A stretch of 62,673 nt of DNA, the filler included, from Rhabdomonas costata (lineage: Eukaryota), in NCBI GenBank assembly GCA_019059605.1. It is 30 parts of 30 records of this genome, joined end to end, with 100 filler letters (N's around TTAATTAATTAA, not from the genome) between each part and the next. Parts side by side here need not be neighbours in the genome. Positions count along the whole stretch, not along the records: positions 12,561 to 14,554 come from JAHMHO010006635.1; positions 14,655 to 16,647 come from JAHMHO010006636.1; positions 16,748 to 18,740 come from JAHMHO010006637.1; positions 18,841 to 20,833 come from JAHMHO010006638.1; positions 20,934 to 22,929 come from JAHMHO010006639.1; positions 23,030 to 25,025 come from JAHMHO010006640.1; 24 more parts are not named here. One strand, 5' to 3'. A program made the position numbers and the translations under genes. Shown in pieces: positions 13,022 to 25,125 of the stretch (its first letter is position 1; every line of letters starts with the position of its first letter). Under the pieces are notes generated by a model that ran no database searches, was not told the origin of the DNA, and worked only from the letters and a program-made list of their open reading frames with translations.

Positions 13022-14450
13022 CTCAGTGACCCCCTTCTGGGCACGGTAATTTTTCTGGTCGACGCCATCACGGGGAACCTTATGTCGACCTCCTCCATAT
13101 ACTCTGCCGAGCTCCCCCCAAGCACCCCCAGTGGGGTATGGGTCCAGGTCAAAGCCAACGCAACTAATGACACTGTGGTGCGTACCCTCGCCCTGGCGCT
13201 GGACGACCCCAGGCAGGGTGGGTGGATGCGGTATCTGGGCTTCGCCACCCCAACGTCCATGGGCGGGATTTCGGGGTACCTTGTGACGGTGCAGGCCATC
13301 TCTGTGCAGGTTTTTTAGTGCACACAAAAACGTTTTACCATTGTATTTTTGCCTTTTTACATTGCCGGCCATCGGAGCTGCTAGTGTGCTGTCTAGTGTG
13401 GTGTCTATCTATTCTAAGTCGCCCTTAACTGACCGCCTGGCCCGAAGTCCATCGTGTCCCTTGTTATTGTACACCCATGGTTTTCGCCACCTTTAACGGC
13501 GGTTGTGGCTTTCTCGTTTTTTTGTGAAGGAAAAAGCGGGTGATGTTGGTTTCTTCTATGAGAAATGTTTCCATCAGAGAGGGGTGGAAACTTTTTTCTT
13601 TTCACGACCGAGTAAAGTGAGTGAGTGTGTATGCGGCAGTATGACGAAAGATTTTACAGCCAACTTACGAACTGAATCGGTCCCTCACAGTCGTACTCAT
13701 CCATGGAGTTGCTTCCTTTTCAGGGTTTGCCCTGGGTCATGGTGGTCGCCACGGAGTCCAGTTCGTGGACCGAACAAGTCTACTCCGGGGCGCAAATGAA
13801 CCTGGGGGTTGTGATGGGCTGCATTCTTGGGTGTGCCGCATCCTCTTCACCTCCCGCTTCTGGAGAAAAGCTCTCCTGCCCTTAAGGGGAGAAAGGCTTT
13901 TGGCAGTCTTTTTTGCTTCCTGTGCGGTCTTTGTTACGAGAGGCAGAATAGCAGCGTGTTGTTCGAGTAGCGTGGTTTACTGGGGCACCCTTGGTATGTC
14001 TTTACCAGAGCCTGCATCCTGACGCTACTCCTGCTGAGGCTACTCACCAGGCCGTTGAGGCATCTGGTCCGAGACATGAAGCTGCTGAGCCGAATGAAGG
14101 TCACCGAGCCCATGAACTTCCCCCGGTCCTGCCTCAGTGAGCTCAACGATCTGGTAAAGTCTTTTGAGCAGCTGTGCAGCAGCTTGCGGGAGTACCGGAA
14201 GTTTATGCCGGAGACGCTTTGGGTGTGCCGAGAGGGTGCGCTTCGGCTGGCTGCGGACAAGGACTGCCCCGAGCCCGGTCCTCGTCACGCGCAGAGCACG
14301 GGGCTGGAATCCGTAGACTCCGCGCTTCCGGAGTGGGACTCTCAGTGCCCGCTGTGCCCGGCCCCTACCGCTCTTCTTCCTTTGTGCACCATAGCGTGTT
14401 TTGACATCAGTGGTTCTGACCCGCAGCGGCTAATGAGCGACCCTCGGCAG
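13022..14450 (+). CDS. Receptor-type adenylate/guanylate cyclase (extracellular domain-TM-HAMP-like linker), partial
   Basis: Exons 13022-13309, 13724-13830 and 14009-14450 join in frame: GLPWVMVVAT, a TM helix (LGVVMGCILGACILTLLLL), HAMP-like LTRPLRHLVRDMKLL...SELNDLVKSFEQLCSSLREYRKFMP, then TIACFDISG resembling the first strand of a class III cyclase. Confidence 0.72.
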
Positions 14451-14773
14451 GTCAAGTTTTAGGGTTAGCTTCCTCTTCTCCCCCATTTCCCTCGCTGTGG
14501 TTGTCGTGAAGGGTGTGAAGGGTGGTCCGTTTTCTGGAAGCTAACCCCAAAACCNNNNNNNNNNNNNNNNNNNNNNNNNNNNNNNNNNNNNNNNNNNNTT
14601 AATTAATTAANNNNNNNNNNNNNNNNNNNNNNNNNNNNNNNNNNNNNNNNNNNNCCTATGTGCTTTCATTTGTTGGACATGCATGTGCGGGTTCCAGCGG
14701 ATTGGGGGGGAGGTCATAATTCTCATGCCTCTCACGAGTTTCCAAGCAAAGAACTTGGGTGGAACCCCCGCAC

Positions 14774-16346
14774 CTGCTCAAAGGCGGTGCGGGCGCGGCT
14801 AGCCATGATACTGCGGTTGCAGAACGCGAAGTTCGCGGCGGCGGCCATAGCCCCAAGATAGTCCCTCCCTACACACAGAGTGCAGGGTACAAGTCAAGCA
14901 CAGTGAACGAATGGGTGATGAGGAAAACACGCAGCAAGTCTTCAGCAGCGCCGTTCCGTTCCTTGCGGTATTCTTTCTTCTTTGCTGTGTAAAGAAACCA
15001 AGGAACCTTCGGATGCTGATTCAGAAGGGAAAGGCACAATTTCCGGCAAATTTACACCAGTCGTCCGCTTTGGGGATAACTGGAATGAAATCACTTTTTC
15101 TAGCCAAATATCACTTCTGATGGGGCAAGGCAAGGCGGCTAACCTATCACTCGATCACGCGCGCGCACACGCACACAGCTTGTACCGACAGGGGAGTTGA
15201 TCCGGGCGCAGGCCAGTTGGCGATCATTCAGGTGAAAGGGCAACCGGCTGAGCTCGTGCTCGACCTTCACCAAGTAATCGGTGCAGACCTAATCAAAAAC
15301 AGAGATGAAGTCGCAGTGAGGGTGCGGACAAGAAAGAAAGAATATTTCGCCGTGAGCGTGACAATAATAAACATGAAACATTATGCGCACAAATCCAAAC
15401 GCTGAGAGGACCAGGTGTAGTGGGAGCCAAAACCTTCTGGGCCTAACCTCGGCCGGCATTGTAATAACGTCGCAGAACTCGCGGGCTTCGAAGTGAATCA
15501 GGCTTCCCAAATAGATGTCCAGAGCATGCCTCAAATCTGACTCCAAGGTTTGATGCAACTGCAGGCTCGGAAAAGGGAACTCCGTCCAACTTGCGACCCC
15601 AACCCACATATGAGACCTGATGGCCGAGCCCGCGGCTTCCGGAGTGAAGCATCACGCAGACCTGCCCCACCTCTGATATCCCCATCACCCGTGCCGCCTC
15701 GTGGTCGAAGATCTCATCCACGACTTGCACCTCGCAGTAATGGTTTCCCGCACCCATGGTGCCCACCTGAGAGAGGGTGTGCAACGCCACCGTTTCGGAA
15801 GGATTCAACAATCACATGCCGCAAGCGGATGATTCAAACGCTGCAAGAAAAAGAACATTAAGGTTGTATATGAATCCTCATGAACTGGTATTTGTCAGTG
15901 GAGGGAGGCAGGGAAGCGAAGAGGGAATGAGGGGAGTGGGTATTTGCCTGAGTGGTGCCGCGGTGGAGGGCCCTTGGGCTGACCTTGGAGGGGTCGGCCC
16001 AGCTCAGGTGGCCGTGTTCCTCGCAATTCTCCATGTCCTCCTCCCAAGCCTTAGCAAACCGCAAAGGCGTAAGCTCCTCATCCAGAAACGGACACTCCGG
16101 CTCCACAGATGACGCAGTCAGGAAATAAATTCAAGCTTGTGGAAGGACTAGGCCACAGGAAAAAAAAGACAGCGAAAGTCAGTTAGGGCAGTCAGGGCAG
16201 ACAAAAAATAAAGGAATAATAATGCCGAAAATGGACCACGCAAACAGAAAACAGTCCCACCAGCTTGCGGTTGACCAGATAAGGCATCCCGTCCTTCATC
16301 AGAGTCGTCACCTCGCGCTCCTCCAGCTGGATGCCTCCCCAGCTCA
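14774..16346 (-). CDS. RTCB: RNA 2',3'-cyclic phosphate/5'-OH ligase RtcB, partial (5 exons)
   Basis: Exons 16346-16261, 16049-15948, 15766-15617, 15288-15186 and 14868-14774 give [66 protein letters not shown] and [17 protein letters not shown], the canonical RtcB motifs. Confidence 0.95.
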
Positions 16347-16913
16347 CTGAGTGAGTGCGTGTGTGCGGGCACACCCTACCAAGCTGGCACGTGCAAGAGC
16401 GGACACACGCCTCACGAAAGTGACCATAAATCCAAGTGGACTGCTTTCCACATTTTTTCGCGGCGTATCAACAACAGGACGACTGAAGGAGTATAACTAC
16501 TAGAGTTGCTATTTGCTTTAGTCCGGTGAACGGTAGACGGAAGCTTGGACAATCTCTTGACGGACCATGCGTTCCAGGGCAGAAAAAGATATGCCCCCAT
16601 CTCAAGGTGTTTTGGTAAAACAAGCGATGCGATCAGCCCCAACACAANNNNNNNNNNNNNNNNNNNNNNNNNNNNNNNNNNNNNNNNNNNNTTAATTAAT
16701 TAANNNNNNNNNNNNNNNNNNNNNNNNNNNNNNNNNNNNNNNNNNNNGGGGTTGGGGGAACCCGCGGAATGGTATCCCCTTCAAACAGGTAACTTCGCGC
16801 GGTGAAGGGTCGAGTTGCAAAAAAAAACGTTAATTCGGGTGGCAACGTTGTACTGAATTCCCGTTCCCTTTCCCCAAAATCCCAGTGTCAGATGCCCTAT
16901 TCGTTTTCCGCAG

Positions 16914-18056
16914 TGCCGCTGGTGGAGCCTCAACGTGTTGAACAGCCCAGGACACTCACCCCTCCTCGGGCGGCACCTCAGGAGCCGGAGATCTGCGAGG
17001 AGCGCCGGGAGCTTAGCCCGACAGGTAAACTTGGCACATACGGTGGCCATGCTCGAGGGCTGAGGAGTGAACGCCTTTATTTGGTGGGTCATCCCGTCGG
17101 CTCAATGCGAGCTCGGTAGACGTGAGGGAGAGTTCGATTTTGAGTTCAAACTGCAAATACATGGACTAGCGAAGGGCATCGCAGTAACCAGTTGTGTGTT
17201 TCATTTCTTGGGAAGCGTATTCCGCGTGATGGGGAACACACTCTCAGAAGTGAGTTTGCAAGACTGCTGGAGTGTGGCGAACAACGATGTAGGAGAAGAA
17301 AGCCTAGACATTAGAAAACCTGAGAATAGAATAGGATAGTGGCGGAAAGTGACAGCAACAGCATGTGCGAAAGCGGTGATATGTTGGGTGGGCTCTTCGC
17401 AGCAGCTGAAGGAGAGTGGTTTTTGGGTTTTACGCCGACTGGTGGTGTATAGGAGAAGGTAAGGCCAAGAAACTTAAGCCACACTGAAAGAGGAGTGTTT
17501 GTATAAAAGTAGCATCACAATGGGAAGTTGGTGAGGAAAAGTGTGTGTGTGTGTGGGCACAGCACACCGCGCCAAGGCGCTCTGTGTGTCTGGGGATGTG
17601 GGCGGCAATCCGATGGGATGGGGTGAACAGGAGTGGCTACAAAAAAAAAGAGAAGGGCCGATACTTGCAGAAGAAGGGTGATTCGCCTGCCATGAAGAAA
17701 GACGGTTGCCTGCTGAGGCAATGAAAGCTATCAGAAACAGGCCTGCTGACATTCTAACCCCCACACCAGTATTTTGTAAACGCTGGGGAGCCCGTGCTCC
17801 TGGCCCCCGGGTCTCGGCAACTGAGATTCATGATTTGGGCAGCCTAGTTTGCAGTACTGCGTCAAACTGGACAGCTTTTTGTGTTATTAAACTCCAGCAC
17901 CCACTGCGGAGCTCCAGCGCGCTGAGCCGGCCAAAGTGCCCACTCCTCGGGTTTCTCCGCGGGTTTCACCGCGGGTTTCGCCGCGAGTTTCACCTCGGGT
18001 GTCACCGCGTCGGCGGCCGGAGGCCAGCGAGGAGCGCCGAGAGCCCAGTCCTGCAG
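16914..18056 (+). CDS. Two related phase-1 exons of a Pro/Arg/Glu-rich low-complexity protein
   Basis: Exons 16914-17024 (VPLVEPQRVEQPRTLTPPRAAPQEPEICEERRELSPT) and 17898-18056 (PTAELQRAEPAKVPTPR(VSPR)5RRPEASEERREPSPA). Both have CAG/GT boundaries and lengths divisible by 3. Confidence 0.6.
17945..18010 (+). repeat. 12-bp coding tandem repeat (PRVS/VSPR x5)
   Basis: CCTCGGGTTTCT CCGCGGGTTTCA CCGCGGGTTTCG CCGCGAGTTTCA CCTCGGGTGTCA: variation is confined to synonymous positions. Confidence 0.85.
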
Positions 18057-18872
18057 GTATTTTATGTGCCTGGAGTACAATTCATCATCATGCATTGTTT
18101 GTTGGGTATCTGATTGTTCACACCATAAGCTCAAATCCTGGGAATTCACTGACCAGGAAGAGGCTCTTGACTCCCCTGTCCCTTTTCCCGTACAACGGGT
18201 TCCCGCTGTAATTTAATCAGAGCACTTACCGATGACTCCGTCACAGTATTGCATGGGCCAAAGGAAGTGGCTGTGGTTGGAACTCTATAATACCCAGTGT
18301 TCGAAGGAATATCGGTGCAGGGGAATCCGAGTCACACGCGCGCGTACACATACGCAAACCTCTTGTGTCGCCACCACAGTAATCAGCAGAACCCGTTGAC
18401 GCATTTGGGCGAGGAGTCACTGAGACAGCCTCGAGATAGAGGGGGTAGAGAGGGGATTTGGGGGGAAAGGGCAGGAAGAGGCAGCAATGCAACCGAAGAG
18501 GGGATTTGAGAGAAGCACGTTTTTCTCATTTTTCTCAGGGGAGGATGTTCCGGTGTGAGGGAAGTGAGCGGAATCAGGCAGCGCAAAAAAAGAAGAACGG
18601 GTTCTGCAAGGTTGGGTCAACTTGAAAGCCAGGTGGGAACATCGCCAATGACTCTGCCCATGTATGGTGCCAAAATCTTGGAGAGGTCGGATGAATTCAG
18701 AATAAAATAGCAAAAAAAAACAACCAACCACACCCAACACNNNNNNNNNNNNNNNNNNNNNNNNNNNNNNNNNNNNNNNNNNNNTTAATTAATTAANNNN
18801 NNNNNNNNNNNNNNNNNNNNNNNNNNNNNNNNNNNNNNNNTTGGGTACCCCCCCCCCTCCCCTCGTGAGGAA

Positions 18873-19772
18873 GTGGACCCGGACCGCGCCGGGGCCCTCC
18901 CTGAGGTCCGGAAGGTCCGCATGTGTGCGCACCCCGCAGGCAGGCAGGCACTAACCCGGTTCCGGGTTCTTCAGGTGGGGGGTGGGGGGCTCACCCTGGC
19001 CCAAGTGGAGCCTCTGACGGGTCGCACCCACCAGATCCGAGTCCACGCCCTTGCCTTGGGCGCCCCGGTGCTTGGGGACAAGCTGTACGGCCGCACGGAC
19101 GCCGGTATGTGTGCCCAAGTGTAGGAAGAAAACTGGACGCACCACCCTTCTGCTTCTCTTTTCGCAACGTGCATTCCCAACATTCCCACTGAACGAGGAG
19201 TGTAAATGTTAGCCTTGTGTGGGGGCCACCTATAGCTTTCGTGCAAGCCCAACATGCAACACAGTCCATGGGGAGTTACAGTTCTGTTACGTTCTGATTT
19301 TTCGATCTCCTGGAAATTGTTCAGCCCGTCCGCAATGGGCAAAAAGGCCGAAGATGAGGGCTCGTTTAACAGTTGGAAACCCAAACGATTTATCTCTTTC
19401 TGCACTTGCGGTTTTGTTTGGTGCCGGCTTTTTGCTTCCCTGACGATGGCTTTTGTTATGCTTGGCACACTCCGCCATAGCAAGAAATAGCAGGACCCTC
19501 TCTCTCCCTTCCTTTTATCTTTATATTCCCTGATGCTTTTGGCAGAGTTTCTTGCGATGACTCGGGGCCAGGTTCCGTCAGAGTTTCCGCCCTTCGGGAT
19601 GATCCCTAGGCACCTGCTGCACGCCACTGTGCTTCGGATCCCTCACCCCCGCACCGGGCTGCTGCAGGAGTTTGTATCGCCGTGGGAGCCGTGGTTTTCC
19701 GAGTACCCCGCAGTGGCTGCCCTGTTACAGCAGCGGAGAGAGCCACATTCTTGTGGAGACGTTTCCCTTTAA
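18873..19772 (+). CDS. RluA-family RNA pseudouridine synthase, C-terminal part
   Basis: Exon to 19104 (GRQALTRFRVL...EPLTGRTHQIRVHALALGAPVLGDKLYG) is spliced to 19546-19772 (RHLLHATVLRIPHPRTG). These are RluA motifs. Confidence 0.92.
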
Positions 19773-21012
19773 GGGTGGCTTCGGGTTTAGCCGGCATCGT
19801 CCTGGGCAAACCAAGCAGGCTGCTGTTGCCCTTCAGTCGGGCGCTCCGAATGCCTTGCCTGGGTCGGCACACATACGTGCCTTCTTGGAAAGTGCTGTAG
19901 GTATCGGTGGAGACTCGCTGCGAGGTCACACATGTGAATGGATGTGGACACACCTAATAGGAGAGAAGGCCTGCCTTGCGGTTGCAGCACGGATCGACCT
20001 GGGTTGTTGAAAAGGAGGGCGGTTGACTTTTGAAGTACGTTACTGTCAAACTCAGAGCTGCACCACTAACCCGAACTTTACATTCACTGTACGGCAATTG
20101 CCAGTTGCAGAATCTACAGCTCGTTTGAAAAGTCCACACAGCAACACAGGATTATCACGAGCATTTACAGTACTCCAATGTAATTGGCAAGCCAACACAG
20201 ACGACGTATAAACGTGAAATCGTCCGAAAATTCACGCCTTCAGCGCAAAATGAACTTTGTTTACTTGGTTTCTTGGTCGAGAAACATTCCTGGTGCATTA
20301 CAAAGCAGAAGCGCAGACGACGGGGTTGAAGACTTCAGGTAATTCTCCTCACGTCATGGGGGTTGTTGGGAATCTGACATCCTTCTGTGATGGGGGTTGG
20401 ATATGCCGTGTCGAAGGCGTACCTTAAAGAAGAATGAGATGAAAGGCTAAAAGCTATGACATATCCGAACGACGGAGGAATCGAAAAAGATGTATCTGGC
20501 ATTACAGCGTGCGCTACTTGCATGCAGACCACATTTCCTAGGCACAGCAGGTGGTTCACCCTGCAACAGGACAGAATCTCCGCTGGATCCCAGGTACATA
20601 AGAGGCACATAAGATGCTCACATTGCAGAAATCACAAAAAACTCCTTACAAAAAATCCGAGGTAGCTGCAAAGCTTGTACCATTTTAGGGACAGCTACTC
20701 GTTTCTGATTTTTGTGTGCCGCAGTACAGCATTCTTGGCTTTCTCCTTCGTGTTCCTTGCTTAATTCGGTGTCAGCTAGTGCACGCCCACCGAGCTCATC
20801 GCAAGGTTGGATTTGCCGCTGCCCACACCCCCCNNNNNNNNNNNNNNNNNNNNNNNNNNNNNNNNNNNNNNNNNNNNTTAATTAATTAANNNNNNNNNNN
20901 NNNNNNNNNNNNNNNNNNNNNNNNNNNNNNNNNTTGTGTGTTTTGAAGTTATTCTGAGCCACGGTAACGCCAGCGGTGCGACACACATGCACAGACGGGG
21001 CAAGCAACAGAC

Positions 21013-22757
21013 CAGATTGGGTCTCATCAATGAGGGCCATCAACTTCAACTCGCACTGCTTCAGCACGTCCAGCACGGTGTCGTCGGACATTGGCAACAC
21101 GGGATTTTGGTCGGGGTGGTACACGCTAAGCTTGTCGCTGAGGTGCTCCACACCGGCCTTGGCGTTGATCAGGATCTTCGCCACCCGCTCGTATTTCAGG
21201 CGGTTCTTTTCGCACTGGTGCTGGGCCTCGGCAAGGTGAGTCTCGAACTCATCCACGATCCTCCGGCTACCAAGCTGCCCTAAATGGACAATAAAGGCAG
21301 TTGACCACCTGAGAAAAAGCTATAGAGGAGCAACACGGAAACGAGGTCGGCCTAGTGCAAGCGATGATGTTGGTTCGTTTTGGAGAACACACCGCGTGAC
21401 GACAACGACACCTGCACACAAATAGCACGGGCACGAGGGCGCCTGTGTGGTCACGGTCTCATCGGGAATCATGCATACCGCAGCTCGAAAGCCTGTGATG
21501 AACTCCCCCTTCTCCCCATCACAAAATGCTGGGTGCAGAAGCAGTCAGCCACGTCGCGTCAGAAATCAGAAAGAAGTCAGAAATCGCCCCAGCGTTGTCT
21601 TTTGTCACTTCCCACACACGACAATAATAATAATTTTCACAGAGTTTTTGGCACTGGTTGGAGAGATATCCAACCAGTTTTTTGGCTCCAGTGTTGAGCA
21701 GTGGGAATTCAAAGGGCAGTTTGGGATGCAGTGAAGTTTTCCAACAGTGTTCACAAAGGAAAAGGAAAAAGAAGAAGGGAATCCCCAGGAGGAGAGGGGG
21801 GGGGACCTGAGCCGGAGTACTTCAGCTCCTCGACCTTGGACTTGAGCTCGCTCATCTCGGCGTTGAGGGCGTCGATCTTGGCCTGGGCCTCCTTGGTCAT
21901 CTCGATGAGGTTGTTGTGGGTGTCCTCCTGGGTGATGAACTTCTGGATCATCTCCTGCACGTCGGTCACCCCGGTTGCCTCCTTGATCTGTGCGGCCGGT
22001 GCGCATTCACCCAAAGTCAGAATCACAAATAGAGGCTGGGAGGAAGGGCCGAGCGGATGGCTTGTCGCGTGCGTGGCCGTGCGTGCATACTTACAAGCCC
22101 ACGCCTCGGCGGGTTCACGGAAGTCGTCTGAGAACTACCCCAGGACTGGGAACTTACAGGGAGAGATTCTCGGGGGGTCCTCTCCTCAGTGGGCGCTACA
22201 GGGGTGCGAGTGACTCACAAGAGGAGCCACGTAGCAGCGCAAGACCCGGCGCTGCGCAGGTGGCTCGCCCGCGGATCCGAAGCCAGATCCGTTTTCACAA
22301 ATATAAACACCATGGCGGTGTGCACATGGCCCCACTAGCTGCTGAAGCGATGCCCTCTGCATCGGTGCCTGCAGTGTGCCGGTATGTTGCAGGATGTTTC
22401 CTCACAGATGGAGATGAACCCGCCAGGCTGCGGCTTGCATTGTTCTTGTTTGCAACATAGAAACCCAGAAAGTACGGGAGGTTCCCAGTGTGGCCTTGGC
22501 CAGATCAGCGACTCTCTCCCTTCTGGCTGCCGGCTCAGAACTGGTGACTAAAAGAACCAAAAGGCCCGGAGGGGAGTCACCACCACAATGATGGGCCCTC
22601 ATGGTTTGTGGTTTAAATTGAAAAAATTCTCCTTTTTTGTCGTTCTGGGTCGCCTTCCAAAAGAACGCCTCTATTCTCCTCTGCGGGCTCTCCCTCCTAC
22701 ACCAAAACGGTATTCAGCGATGGGGAAATGAGTTGTCTTAGCCTGCCAGCTGGGCAT

Positions 22758-22790
<33 letters not shown>

Positions 22791-22850
22791 TGCAGACCCT
22801 CCGGAAGGCATCCTCGTACTGGTTCAGCTGGTCCTCCTCACCAGCACCAC
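21013..22850 (-). CDS. CCDC151: Outer dynein arm docking complex coiled-coil subunit (CCDC151/ODAD3-like), partial
   Basis: Exons ending at 22798, 21987-21807 and 21279-21013 give QYEDAFRRIKEATGVTDVQEMIQKFITQEDTHNNL...EELKYSGSG...KILINAKAGVEHLSDKL, which matches the ATG/F-x-x-Q-x-DT/LKYSG/EHL-x-x-KL pattern of CCDC151. Confidence 0.8.
22433..22612 (+). repeat. Dispersed intronic repeat, copy 1 (copy 2 at 48480-48669)
   Basis: Shared collinear blocks: GCTTGCATT, AACATAG, GTTCCCAGTGTGGCCT, TTCTGGCT, CCGGCTCAGA-CTGGTGAC, GGCCCG-AG-GGAGTCA, CTCATGGTTTGTGGT. Confidence 0.85.
22759..22788. repeat. (CA)n microsatellite in an intron
   Basis: Uninterrupted CA run next to the CCDC151 splice donor. 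Confidence 0.9.
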
Positions 22851-23129
22851 GGGACCCATCCTCGCCCATCCCCAACCTGCCCTGCTTCAGCCCAGTCCCC
22901 GGGGACCCCGCCCCGGCAGACCAACAACCNNNNNNNNNNNNNNNNNNNNNNNNNNNNNNNNNNNNNNNNNNNNTTAATTAATTAANNNNNNNNNNNNNNN
23001 NNNNNNNNNNNNNNNNNNNNNNNNNNNNNGGGTTGTTGTTGGAAACCTTTCATTTCTTGTCTTTTGCTCATTTTCTAGCCCGCGGCGGTTCGTGACAGAT
23101 GTGCGTGTGGTTGGTTGTGTGCGGTGCAG

Positions 23130-23242
23130 GGAAGAAGGGCTTTGGCGGGGAGGGCGACAAGGTCATCGCGATTGTCGAGTCTGTGTACAACGCTCTCTCC
23201 CACATTGACCGCTGCATGCTCGACATGAAGCGCCGCAAGTGA
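23130..23242 (+). CDS. Terminal exon of an unidentified protein (KKGFGGEGDKVIAIVESVYNALSHIDRCMLDMKRRK*)
   Basis: CAG acceptor, GC3-rich codons, ends at TGA. Family not recognised. Confidence 0.5.
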
Positions 23243-23897
23243 GAGAGATGGCGTCGGAGGAGGCGGGAAATTGAGACCATCTGTGCGTGCATGTGGCTTA
23301 TATTTTTCGAGTGGTGGTCGCTCTTGTGCTTCACGAGTGCGCGGAACAAGAAGAGACCACAACACCGGAGGGAAACTTTTGTGTATGTACATGTGTGTGT
23401 GTCTGTGCGCGTGGTATGGAGGCACCCATCACTGTGACCTTTCAAGGCCTCCCAGCTTTGGAAGTCTTGAGCAGACTGTCTGTATTTATCAATGGCTGTA
23501 CCTGGTATTTCTATGGCTCACAGCAGTGCCCTGGCCGCCGCCCGTTCAAAGGGATGCGATGTCATCGAGTCCCATTGAATGAATGAATGAAGGAGATTTA
23601 ATTATCTCACAAGCAGTAGACTTGGGGAACTGAAGCAGAGGTTTGTGGGCTTTTTTTTCTTGGAAACGATTGCCCCACACGGTTTTTCGCCGCTCCCCCG
23701 TTGAGGCGAAGGTCCAGCCTCATGGGGGCTGGGAAGAGGATATCTTGATCTATTCACCTCCCAGGAGGCCCTATACTTCCGGCCAGCTCTGGGCTCCCGT
23801 CCGCTCCCCAGATGCATACGCTGTGCTCTGATGGGCGCATCATTCTTAGCAAAGTCTTTTATCATTCTATCGCTTTCGCGGAAACAGGGAGCTTTCT

Positions 23898-23931
23898 GTT
23901 GTTGTTGTTGTTGTTGTTGTTGTGGTTGTTG
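23898..23931. repeat. (GTT)n microsatellite
   Basis: Run of GTT units with one GGT variant. Confidence 0.9.
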
Positions 23932-25125
23932 TCTTGCTCTAGTGAGCAAATAATATGTCGTGCGTTCTGCTTCTCTTTGGGTGAACGACCTCCGAAACTA
24001 AAAATGCTCTTCGCCTCCAGAGCTTGCCCGGTTCGATGCGGCGCTGCGCTGCTGATCAGATGTTGTTCTGTGCTTCCGCCGCATTTTCGGAAGCCTGCCG
24101 TGCGAAGGCACCCTTTCTTAATGCGTTAATATGCTGTGACTAGCACCACACATGTATGTTCTCCAACACACCATGTTTTTAGGAGCAGTGAGGAGAAGCT
24201 CAAATGCTCGAGGTACATTCACAACCTCAGTGATTTGTAAGCAAATGGGCCGCCATCGATGGGCACAGGCAAAGGCGCATCTCTGCGCCCCTACTCCCGT
24301 CCCATCAGAAAGGGAACAAACACGGAAACCTCACCCTTCTGAACTAAAGAAACGGGTGAGCAATCGGCTAAACGGCTTCTACTCTAGGAATCGTAACCGT
24401 ATCGTTGGGTGCTACTTGTAGGACGTCCGCAAATGTTGGCGCCAATGGTGCCTGCATATGATCTGTCTCGAGGTCAACCATGCTGAGTTCTTGTTGTTGG
24501 TGCAGGTGTCTAGCTTCATAGGAATATGCTTTATGTGGTATCGTACGTGAATAATGAATAGGCTCTACTGTAAACTGAGACTTTTTCTCATCTCTAAAGT
24601 GTCATCTCTAAACCCTGCTTCTGTGCTGGGCTCCCAACGGGATGCTGAATCGGGGCAAATGGCAGCTTCCCCCCCCCCCCCGAAAAAATTGGCGCAACCC
24701 CCTATTTTTTTTATATCGTTGTGTGCCAAGCTGCACACGCAACAAGGAGTTAGGGCACCTCTACTCAAAGTCGACCATCCAAGGCCAGCAGCAGGAATAC
24801 AAGTATAGGGCAAAAAGACAGATCGGAAGGTCACAGACTAAGCGCTCAGATTCCTGATGGAACTAACCTTATGAACTGGTTGTCTTCGTCGCTACGGCCG
24901 CTCCCTTTCCCCTCCTGCACAGGTCGTTCCGGGGCTATGCCAGCACAGGTGAGGCAGAGCAGGCGCCTTCCGGGGTGAGCCCCGAAGCTGCCCCCAGCAG
25001 CCCCGCATTGGACTCACCAACAAACNNNNNNNNNNNNNNNNNNNNNNNNNNNNNNNNNNNNNNNNNNNNTTAATTAATTAANNNNNNNNNNNNNNNNNNN
25101 NNNNNNNNNNNNNNNNNNNNNNNNN

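Noticed and set aside
8273-16747. Functional clustering of RPA1, cyclase and RtcB genes
   Set aside because: They lie on separate contigs concatenated arbitrarily, so adjacency has no biological meaning.
17862-18149. Minus-strand ORF with AKPAVKPAEKP repeats
   Set aside because: It is the antisense shadow. Splice sites and synonymous repeat variation support the + strand VSPR reading.
23602-23949. Poly-Q ORF
   Set aside because: It is a translation of a (GTT)n microsatellite with no other coding signal.
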